From Klebsiella phage N1M2, in sequence record MN642089.1: a stretch of 64,000 nt of DNA; one strand, given 5' to 3'. Below the pieces are notes generated by a model. That model was not told where the DNA came from. It did not search any database and saw only the letters and a list, made by a program, of their open reading frames with translations. Shown here piece after piece: positions 52,901 to 63,500 of this stretch. How positions within the stretch are numbered: the stretch's first letter is position 1; each line of letters opens with the position of its first letter. The position numbers and the translations under genes are program-made.

Positions 52901-54557
52901 TAACATCAATAGTCTTAGGTGTGATTACAACAAGATCATTACCACTAATAAGTAGCTTCTTGTTATATTTGTAAACACGATTCTCAGGAGCAGGTCCCGT
53001 GATATCCGCAGTTACAAGTATCTCACCATTATTACCATTGGTGATGGCATTGATGACAAAACTACCATCGAGATTTTTAGATGGAGCAGAGGCACTAGTT
53101 AATGGTCCAGTTGCTTTAAAGTTAGAAATAGTGTTGCCGGAGAACTTGTTTTCACCTTGTTCCTTGATACCGATGATGACATAGTTATCACCTTTATTAT
53201 TCAACTTCTCAAATGGCATTGCATAAGAATCATAACTACCTTCTGGAACAGGAATAGAGAGTTCTTGGCAAGCGACCGGAGTGACGCCATAGATAGGACC
53301 GTTGTAGTACCTTGGACAACCCAGCACGCCACTGGCTATAACCAATTTTTGTTCAACACCAGTGGTAGTTATTTCCTGGATATATCTATTTAGTTGATCT
53401 GGGGTTAACCCAGTTATATCAATTGTGGTTATTGTAGTGTTATTAGAAGCCACACGTAATGAGGCAAATCCAGAAATAAATTTAGCACCTTCAGTGATCC
53501 AATAAGACCAATTCACCCCAGCTGCAATGGAAGCTGTAAACATGGCCTTTTGTAGAGAATTGGGAACTAGATCTTTGATCGATGTTAACAGAATGGCTTT
53601 GGGTTCCTGACCAACATCCAATAATGCAACCCCACCATAATCGTAAGTCTGACCAGCTCTACCAAATCTCCATGTGAATCCCAATGATTCGTCAGATGCA
53701 ACTGGACTATCATTAGTTATTACATATCCAATGTACTCTGGTGTAACTTCCGTAATTGAAAATTTAGATGCACCCTTTTGCTTTTTAACTGCTATGTTGA
53801 CTGGACTTATTGTTATACCTTGAGTGTTGAGTGGCGTTATAACCCCACTTAAAGTGATAATGGGATATAATCTACCTTTAGCGTCTTTAGGTCCTTTCGG
53901 GTTACTATCAAACCCGGTTGGGAAAGTCACAAAGAACCCACTCTTAAAAGTCATAAGAATATTAATAGCCGCCCAACCATCACCTTCTTTGGTACTGTCA
54001 TCAGCTTCATTTCTCAATATTCTTATTCTGACAGTTTCACCCAGAGCTTCTGCAGTTGGAGTATAGTAGACTCTGACTGTTAAATTATCAGGGAGTTTCT
54101 CTTGTTTATTAAACTCGGCCTTGCCGTTGAACTCATTAGATCCTGACAGGAACTGAAATTTTGTATTACTTAAAGGCTGACCTTGATATTTGGCTTGAAT
54201 ATCAAAGTAGCTTTGCTGGTTGGGAACACCAGTAATAATTCTACCATTATTGGTAATGATTGTTGCTTCTAACGTACCTTTTGGATACGCCTTTATATTG
54301 ACCTTACTCTCTGCTTCCAGGGAGTAGGTCTGTCCTAAGTCTTCGACGTCAAACTTGAATACTGCGTCGACCAAGGTATCTTTATCTTGGTCGGCATTAA
54401 TTACTGTGAAAGTATCGTTATCATTAGCTTTGAAGAAGGGGACCGGAGTCCCCCCTTTTACATCAACTTCTTTTAACTTGATATTCTCAGTAATGTCAGT
54501 ACCAGTTTGGACGCTTCTAACCCTGAATGGAACTACAGCTGACTGTTTGTTATCCAC
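49938..54557 (-). CDS. Ig-like-repeat virion protein (1539 aa), GTG start
   Basis: Repeated ~90-100-aa Ig/BIG-like units; AAGGA RBS upstream of GTG. Confidence 0.6.
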   Translation of the reverse strand: MDNKQSAVVPFRVRSVQTGTDITENIKLKEVDVKGGTPVPFFKANDNDTFTVINADQDKDTLVDAVFKFDVEDLGQTYSLEAESKVNIKAYPKGTLEATIITNNGRIITGVPNQQSYFDIQAKYQGQPLSNTKFQFLSGSNEFNGKAEFNKQEKLPDNLTVRVYYTPTAEALGETVRIRILRNEADDSTKEGDGWAAINILMTFKSGFFVTFPTGFDSNPKGPKDAKGRLYPIITLSGVITPLNTQGITISPVNIAVKKQKGASKFSITEVTPEYIGYVITNDSPVASDESLGFTWRFGRAGQTYDYGGVALLDVGQEPKAILLTSIKDLVPNSLQKAMFTASIAAGVNWSYWITEGAKFISGFASLRVASNNTTITTIDITGLTPDQLNRYIQEITTTGVEQKLVIASGVLGCPRYYNGPIYGVTPVACQELSIPVPEGSYDSYAMPFEKLNNKGDNYVIIGIKEQGENKFSGNTISNFKATGPLTSASAPSKNLDGSFVINAITNGNNGEILVTADITGPAPENRVYKYNKKLLISGNDLVVITPKTIDVKVWDQLDAVPFSVVLAGTDVTSEIRNVKLIPNEYIIVDPEDPTKWTVDTAPNAGASKSTFFTFEVNVGGNWKPKVAYGTYRIAAWSGKALEIETDGIIGASPLKETTYVIKPKYKKEPIADRIEVILPTNPGFIVTKLTPSEDNTELTITIKATVVNGSKDVYNPITTVNGIGYKLKDSPGANENIDVVHLNAKLFSNGDYLALYGTIEKVGGPYGALGAFVGSSGTAEVYVYINGERISLNDYNLSVYFLDNGNNISSPSIKANAFSYIGGDDTTLYVRITKPRLNITDTNHQYYSPWAMLYKEGGVNDQYKCVTRNNFWVNPTTSTEAPLLTLYQPGEVKPGIENTIRCRVSNNGTLLEDMKLLTGKLVPVPENCIDTTKEFSVSVDPNDNKYLIIKFTATTVSGNVYVRGGITAKGVTGIPVIADGLAIPKATLIAEPIDTEFNGVEGAETEMKFKVTLTGKPVTGVVVSKGGIATGGAPASAKDFKEIGDGVYSVVVVGGGHEGKGFVTFFLSDGTTENQVPLEPIYGVIDSSNFKLDLTPTDISGKKGDRITLTGSLTNGETNFKFDDSSVAWSFDPADTISKVSVTADTMVVQIDKEVPYDQVVPVKVQVSSKGLKTETTINVTLTGALVVTVLEPKVDVWFSTANPPLKFMLGDKDVTSSVNAISFVETSLVKHNGLKGGYQIISDKAIPTTKQNVSYTYKYAADTPEVNVEVPFTINEYDGKELVLTAEVPPNYRGESGEWIMYSGGFSSMQFSGKLRGVPVGALDFVSMPVGSGYCTPSGAMTYDNASGRSTMRFDFAKVGVAYTEVIVNLKLKGTPNNEIITNVNGGPARFRLTLVDSNKPFIVSDTVPGRVTGKLGDEMPMEIIAYYNDKQVALNDPKVTISKPTDPRIEIVPGSITKNGLKLRFTEDTDVTYIGNNVGLTITYVDPKNVKQTANTSFSFQHVPFYEKLEMVDGFQTSGEGTDTIVLTQAVKNPTK

Positions 54558-54578
54558 GGTTATTGGTCCTTATCAGTA

Positions 54579-57500
54579 TTAACGAGGAGAAATGACTTTG
54601 AATGGTGCAGCGTAAGACTTGCTGTATTCAACGTCTATCTGTGTGATATCGGTCACATATGGCGTAGTCGGAGAAGCTGACTGCGTTAACGTGATGTCTA
54701 CAATATATTCACTTCTTCCTTTATAAGTGAACTTCAACTTGAACTTATGAATAACTTCTTCAGTAGAGTCGTTAGTGAATTTGTATCCGATAGTCTTATC
54801 ACTGAGAGTCCCGATGGTAACTGCTGGGTAATCAACGATTTGAATAATCAAATTCTCATCGGTGTTAGCCAATGCGGTCGAACCAAGGAGCACACTCTGA
54901 ATAAGAGTAGGTAACTCATAGTAGTTACCAGTTCCAGTAGTTTGGAAACCACTAGCCGGAGTGAGTTCCGTAGGTAGGATTTCAACCTTAGGTCTCAGGT
55001 CAATATAGTCAGAACCAATGTTACCGTTACCAGTATCATGGACAGACTTCAATCTGATCTTCAGGTCTCCATTACCAACATTCCCACCTGTTACTTTAAT
55101 TACTAAAGTCCCATCGCTACCTGGGCTCATGTTACCAAAGGTAATCAATCCAGCAGGAATAGAAATACTGCTTGACTTATCGAAAGTAACATTACCAACT
55201 AAAGGCTCGCCAGAGTAATCGCCTTTGATAGTGATGAATCCTTGTTCACCTGTCATCAGGATTACGTCATCAGCCGTTGCATTAATCTCTTTTCCGTTAT
55301 AACCATAAACAGTGAAAGTAACTTCTTGTTTGATGGTAAATGTAACGTTGTCCAGAGTAATATCAACTTCGAAGGTAGGCATTACTTTAGTAGTCTGAAC
55401 ATCAGCGTGACTAATTACCCATCCTTTATCTTTGATGCTCACGTATGAGTTATCAGAGATTCTCACGGCAGAAATCTGATCAGTTACATCATTACCTTTC
55501 CAATCCAATTTGAATGGCAGAGGTCCGCTCTCATTAATATGAGCAGTGATTTCTGATGTCAGATTAGTTACAGTTGGTTTAGGAACCGTAGATACCTGAG
55601 TAACTTTGAATGGTATTTTCAACTGACGGTCTGGCGGAATGTTAGTATCTTTATTCCAAGCCGCTACCACATCTGAGGTAAGTTCCCCAACATCAATGTC
55701 ATTAGCGAACTTAAACTGGAAGTATCCACCTGCGATGTAAGTTGTCGTCACAACGTTAGGTGTAAATACTGCCCTGTTAAAGTCTGTGGATAGGATACGA
55801 GCTTCATCAATGCCTTTCCTGTACTTGACATCCATTCTCATCACAGGCCCGCCAAACTGACCAGTAAACTCTTCTGGGTCGGCAGAGATCAGATAATAGC
55901 CATCGACATAGTACGTTTGAACTGGAACTTTCACATAAGTGAAATCCACGCCTTCCACTGCATCAGGGAGATACATTCTGGATTTAAGACCAACACAGAG
56001 GTAACCTTCTTGAGGTTCCTTCATATCAGTCGCTAGCGCTTGCCAGTTAAAGTAAATGTTTTTGGAGTTATTATCAGGACCTTGGTTATAGATGTTTTCA
56101 GCAAACCCTGGGAGCTTAGAACGAGCGGAGTCTATTTCAAATAGGCTATAATCGCTAATAGCTACTTTACGATATTCGCCTGAAACAGTACCGCGGAATA
56201 TAGCATTCGTTTGACCCATTATCCCGTTATTAAACTGGCTAGGGTTATTAAACTTAAAGCTCAGGGCTTGACCATCATACCCTTCGATGTTGAATACAAC
56301 ATCCTGTTCAATTTCCCAAACACGAGGACCCTGAACGACCGTAACAATAAATGTACCAGTCTTGGTAGTTGCTTCAGGTTCACCATCAATAACAGTATAG
56401 CCATCAGTGAGTTTAGGACCCATCTCCAACCAATCTTTATCTTTATCAGCTGCTTTGATATTAGTAACTGAAGAAGTATCGGCCGGATAATCCACACCAT
56501 CAATAGCTAGTTTAAATGGCAGACCTGTGTTCTTTTTCCAAACGCTCGTGTTAACTTCTTGAACATCTGTAACTGTAAGAACTGGATCTGTCGCACCTTC
56601 TTTAGCTTTGAAGATGATAGGTTGATCGTAACTAAAGGTATACTCTTTATTGTTGTTAGGGTTTTTGAATCTGATATTAAAAGTGAAGTAACTTGTAACA
56701 TCAGTAGCGCCAGGTTTAACAGCAGCTGGACTAATTTTGTAAGACTTAGCGGTCCAGTTGAATCGATTAGTCCCCTGAACATTAGATGCCCCAAAGAGTG
56801 TTGCGATACCTAGGTCGTGTGTTAGACCAACCGAGATAACTTCATTGGTTAGGTTGAGATTAACAGCAAGAGCACCCCAAACTAAATCGCACGGGACATC
56901 GACCACTGTCGTACTTCCGGCAGGGACAATGATAGGCTCAGGTACGAATCCTTCCCTGAAGGTAATTTTATCTTCGAACATATTCCAGATAACTGGCATG
57001 TTATCGAAGTTTTTACCAGGAGTGCCGGCAGGGTAACCGTTAGGTCCATTAGCCTCAGTACCATTATACTGTAATGGGACTTTACCTTTGTATTTACCCA
57101 ACTTGTCAGGTATCACCCTAACACTCACCTCATTGGCATTACTACCACCGCCAGAAGTCCAATGTATGGCTGTTGGATCTTCCGACTCAATACGGTTGAT
57201 TGTTGAATATCCAGACCGGTTTGTTCCAATAGGGTATGTTTTATTTTTCAACATTGCCCTAAAGAAGAAAGTGTAGAAGTTATTAGTGAAAGGTATGTTG
57301 ATAACGAAGCCATCACCTTCTTCCGTAATAACTGGTGCACTAACACCATTCTTGTTTACCGGTTCGCCCCAGAACTCAATCCCATCCCAAGCTGAGATAT
57401 TAACAGTTATCTTACCAGTAAGAACAACATTACCAGTAGATGCAGGAGTCGAGTATGTGAATTCTACTTCTACCGTCTTAGGTGTTGGGTCCGCATTTAT

Positions 57501-60500
57501 ACACTGTACAGTTGCACTTGGACCAGCTTCAAAGTAATTTGAACTGATCGCAGTGATACTACATTGTGTAGTAATATCGGTTTCACCACTAAAGACTTTG
57601 AATGGAGTGAATTTACCCCAAATATCGACATCCACAGGGTCGGTATTAGGTTCTAATCTCGGACCTTGGAAAGCCTTAAGTTGAACCTTACCACGTTGGT
57701 GCAGGTCATTGGTTCCATCATAACCCACGACATCCCAGACAAAGTTAAATACAGCAAAGAACGAATTAAGCCCTTTGTATTTAACCACCAGTTCATCTCC
57801 ATCAGGTTCGACAGAAAGAACTTCGAAGAAGGCGCTATTCTGAGTTTGTTCTTGATTCAATGTCAGAGCCGTAGTAGGTAAACCGCGGTTAGTCATTTTG
57901 AATCTCAACTCACCTTCTTTATCTTTGGTAAGTTCAAATGGATTCGGCGCGCCGGTACCTTGGATCCATCCAGCATGAGTAGGTCTAGAAGCTACTAGTG
58001 TTGTTAATTCTACATCAGGTATCTGTATCGTGGACCCTCTAAATGGAACCTCAATAACCCATGAAGTTCTAACATTATGGTTTCCGGTATTCCCGATGTA
58101 GTTATCAATACACCACATCCAGTCCTTGTTAGGATTTTCATCATCAGGAATGATGAGAATGCCTTGGGCGTCAGCATCCAATGTTTCCATACTCACTGGA
58201 GTACATTGAGTAGTTAGATCGGTACCGCCAACCATCACTTTAAAGATCTGAGGACCTCTAACCCTGTTGAATGGTTCAACACTAACTCTGATTGGTGTGA
58301 TTACCGGATAATCCGCAGGGACGACAATCTCAAATGGCTGAGTGTATTCACCAGTATGGGTTGTTCCAGTATTTGGGTCTGTATAACTCAAGGAAACTTT
58401 AATTTCCCGTTTACCCAATTCAGCATCGATAGGTGCGATGACCTCATACTGATACTGAGTTTGGTTAGATCCAGTGATCTTAATAATATCATCAGGATCA
58501 AGAGTTATTTTCAAGTCAGGGTTATCAAGTAGTATATTACGACCTCTGAGAGTGACTCTTAAAGGCATGTTACCTTTATCACCATTCCCGCCCTTAAGAC
58601 CAGCATTCCAACCAGTTACCAATAATGGAGGTTGTTTGAAATCCGCACCAATAACCAGACTACACCAATCCAGGAACTCAACACCAGGTTTAGCTCCACC
58701 AGGTCTTCTCAAGATGAGTTTGATATCACCTTTAAATTCCTTAGTAGGAGTTACACTATATCTGGCTCGCGCCTCAGACCCACCACCGATTGGACCAGTG
58801 AACTCAATATCCATCGCGTCACGGAAATCAGTTTCCAAATAGTCAATTATGTCAGTGTTGTTAAAGTTAGGGATTAACTTGTAAACAGTCTGCATATCAA
58901 CAGTTGTTACATCTCCCACTTCCATTACTAGAGGGTAGGTGTTATCAGGATAATGTTCAGGTGGATTTCTGTGCATCCAGAAGGACTCTAAAGTTCTCTG
59001 GTTCCAGGCTGCAATGTTGAACACCACATCAGCTTCACCTTTCCATGTCCAGTTACGGTAGATACCGTTATAGATCATTTTCAGTGTGAGTGACTTATTG
59101 GTCTCATCTGCTTTCACTACCGTAAAGCTACGGAGAGAAACAGTGATGTATCCATTAGGTTGTTCTTCATCTAATTCACAGTTCATCCAACCACTTTCAG
59201 CAGGAGCTGGAAGACTAGATGCTGTCAGTGAGACATCTCCACAAGTCGCCGATCCGATACCGAGGGATTGGGTATCAAACATCTTACATGCAACTGGAGA
59301 ACGAGGAACAACTACTACTGGTGCGGAAGTATACAGTTCAGGTATTTCTACTCTTCTGCTGTAATTATTTCCACCATAAGTATATGTGATGTTAATGAAG
59401 TCAGAAACTGTGATTTCACGTCCTGGGGCCACAACGCCTGCAAGAGAGTAATTGAATGATTCAGATTCCCAACTACCGATGCTGAGAACACCAGCGTTAG
59501 GAGAAGCACCTTCACCTTTCTCTACAGTTACCCGCAGACTACCATTAGCCATTTCCTGTTTAGCATCGATAGGAATCCCACCAAACAGAATCTGGAGTTT
59601 GTACTCTCCAGTGTCTCCGTCCTTACCAGTCAGCAGGTTATCACGATCACCGATCTCAACACCCAACTCACCCATAACTTTAGTCGGAACTTTACCAGTC
59701 CAAACGTCATAAGGAGCTGGATCTGTACCAGCAGCAGGAGACCAGAACACCAGGTCCATTTCCCCAAGCCCGGCTTCAACACCTTCAAAGGTCAATACGA
59801 AATCAACTCCATCCATCGAGCTACTAACGTATTTAACAGATTTAGGGAAAGTACTCAATTCAGGTTTGAATGTCGCACTTGCACCTACTTCCTTATCTTT
59901 GTAAATTGGGCGAACCTTCAGGGTATTTTGTTCACCAACAGCTGTTTCCAATTTATTAGGCGTGACGGTACATTTGAATCTAGTTGTATCCTGAGCACCT
60001 TGGATTCGGAATGTCGCATCAAACTCAAGTGACTGAACTTCTGGAACTTCATCTACCTTATACAGAACCTGCATCTTGATAGTCTTATCGCTCTGAACTT
60101 TCTCAGCGCCGATAATTTCCCAGCCACGTGGTGCGATGAACTCGACCCATTGGTTGTCCGGTTCGTTGGTCTTATAACCCTGAACAGTATTTAAAGGGTT
60201 ATCGCCCATTTTAATACCTTGAGTAAATGACCCACGATCCCAAATCTTACCGTTGATTGGATCGTTGTTCGTGATCTCTACTTTACCCATCTGGATACTA
60301 ACCTGGGTAGAAATCGTTCCTTCTTTAGGCGCAGGAGCACCAACTTCATAGGTGACTTTAATATCTTCAGGATAAACAGTCAAGGCTTCACTGACGTTAG
60401 AACGAATGGCCTGAATAACAACACCATTGCTAACTCCACCCACGATACGAATCGAGTGTGCTTTGCCATTATCTACCAGTTCATATTTCAGCCCTGGTGT

Positions 60501-63500
60501 ATTACCAGGAATTCCATATTCCCCATATTTAAGGGCCAGTACGATGGTTGCTGTTTCCATCCAAGGAATCGTAATCGCTGGGGTTTTGGATTCAACAGTA
60601 AAGACTTCATCAGAAGACTGAGTGATAACTTTAACTACGGCAACTGCATAGTCATCATTGACAACTGGCGGATTGGTAGCATTCTCTCTCACGAATACTA
60701 ATCTGAGAGTGTCTTCTGCTTGACCCAACAATGTGTAAGGTACATCACCATCTGGAGTGATCTCACCCAGTACGATGTTTTTAGGTATAGTACTCTTACC
60801 TAAATCAATACTTACATTCTTGGCAACATCACCGGCATACTTAAAGCGGAACTTCATTGTTCCAGGTGTACCAGCTTTACCTTCAACTTCTTCTGGACCT
60901 TCAGTGATAACGAATTTCTTACCGTCATATTTGGCGATATTGAAATCGGTTTCAGTATCCATCTGGTAGGTATTCCCACCCATGGAGTATTGAGCAGAAA
61001 GTCTCAGAGTGGTAGTAATGGAAGTAGATTGGCTACCGCCAGTAACGTACCATTTATTTGGTTCAGTGAAAGTGATATACGGGTTAGTTCCACGAGGAGT
61101 CAGACTTTCGATTGGAACAGGTCGACCTTGATCATCAACCAAAGTAATTCCAACGACGCCGCGATCCCATACGTTAACGTTAAATGAAGGGTTAGCTCCA
61201 ATTCTAACATCAGGAATATGGATGACTACCGGTACGGTATTTTCATTGGTCCAGGTTTTTCCATTAGGGTCAACGTACTCGACATTGATTTTGAAATCAT
61301 AGTCGTAGTCTTCGCCTTTCTCCCCACCTTTAGCAAGTTTAACAGTCAAGGACTCGTCATTGATCTTAACAAGTTCTACTGGCTCGCCATCACCTGAAGT
61401 GGCAGTGAGTTTTAACTTAGGATCATTCAGGGTTAATGGAATACCATCCCAGTTATAGACTAACTCGATAGTTGCTTCGGCATTCCAGATGCCTTTAACA
61501 GAAGGAGTGATCTTAACTAGGTTCAGTTCATGGGGCCATGCAATCTCAGTCGGAATATCAGCCTGGATCGTTCTACCACTTGGTGTGTGGCGATAGATCA
61601 GGGTCATTAAGTAATCACCACCACGAGTGGTTTCGTACCCAATAACTACACCTTCACCATCCACGTTAGAACTTACACCCATGATGAAAGTTTCTGGGAT
61701 AGTGGAAGCAGCTTTATCCACAACTACATCAGCGTTAGCCGGTTTACCTTTATAAACAAAGTTACCCGTTATTGTACCATTAGTTCTGGAATCTGCTTTG
61801 ATAGACTTAGGTTCCCAATCACCGCCGAAAGTGATCTGGTCCCAAGGCTCCAAATTAAAGACAACTTCAGTAATGAACTTGCGATCTTTAGCTTTGCCTA
61901 CGGTCCATTTAATTTCTAACGGAATCGTAATGGTGGTTGCTTCTTTCTCAGCCCAAATCACTTCCCAGTTAAGTTTATTGAAAGCAATATACTCATTATC
62001 CTGGATAGATTTGACGCTAGTAATCGCACCAGTCCAGTTGGTATTACCAGCCATGAGAGTGAAAGGCAATAGTCCAGTATCCCAAATAGCTGCATCGATA
62101 GGTGCGGCTGGGGTACCTTCTAAACGCATTTCTGGATATACAGTGAAGACAGGTAAAGTGAACTTAACGTTAGTTTGTTTACCGTCTCTTGGGTCTGTAT
62201 AGATGTACTCTAATTCCAAACCAGATTGACGAGTCTCACCGATGTATTCCCAAACGTTGTCAACAACCTCGACACCATTGTCTTTAACGTCAACGATACG
62301 GACGTTAGATTTGTCAGTACGCTTATACGTTAAGTTAGGATCGGTCAGTGGAACGACTTTACCAGCAAAGGTCAGAGTGATCTTAGCTAATGCTGAAGAA
62401 CCACCTACTTCAACTGTGGTTTCTTTATCGTAATCCTTAAGTACCAGTACACGAGACTGTTTAACGTCAGTGCTAACGTGAACAAGTGCGATATCTTCAG
62501 GTTTAGGATCTTCGATACCAGGGCGTTGAATATAAACTTTACCAGGCTCAGTAGTAGGTTGAAGTTTACTGTAGTTGGCACGAATAACATTTCGTTCTTC
62601 TATATAAACGAAAGAGTTGAAAGTAATCCCTGCTGGGGTTACTAACTTATCTTTCATTATTTCTGCTGTGGCGGTAATGTCTTCTGACAAGTGGTATACT
62701 TGGAATTCAAAGTAACCTGTTTCATCAGACAGACCGTCGATCAGTGCAGAAGAAGGAACGGCTACAGTTTTGGTGTTAATCCCAGGTTCTGTTGTACCAG
62801 GATCTTGTTCCCAAGCATTAACATTGAAAGTTTGATCGTAAGTAAACTGACGCCAAACACCATCAATAGTGTAACGGAACTTAAATGGAACTGTGGTGCT
62901 TTCTGCCGGAGCAGGAACATCTGGAGCATTACCAACGAACCATTGATCCGCATTACCTTTCTTAGGAATGATGAAACCTTTCTCATCTTCAAAAGTATAA
63001 TCACTAATTTTCTTAGTGACATCAACGCCGTTCACAATCAGTTTAAATGGATAGTCACCAAACTGATACTTATTAACCACGAGAGGGTTAGAGAGAACAG
63101 GAACCAGTTCAACTGTGGAGACCTGCGCTACAATTACACGGACCTTACGAGTGATGACGTATCTTACACCAGTTGGCGCAATCCAACGGAATACTTGATC
63201 ATAGTCATCTTCAATTTCTTCGCCGGGTTTGTTGGCGTCTTTGATGATGGTGTAATTAACACCTAACTGATCAACTGAATTATATTCGATCAGTTCTTTC
63301 TCACCTTTCTTACCTGTGCGGATATCAAGATCGGTAGGAGAAATAGGTTCATCATTATAAAAAGCACCAACAGTCAAAAGACCTTTATCGCCTTTATGAC
63401 CACGGATAACAGCTGGGAAACTACGAATCTCAAACTTAGGACCGGTATCTGGACGAGTAAGAACTACGTTCACATACGCCGGAGCTTTAGAAGTAATATC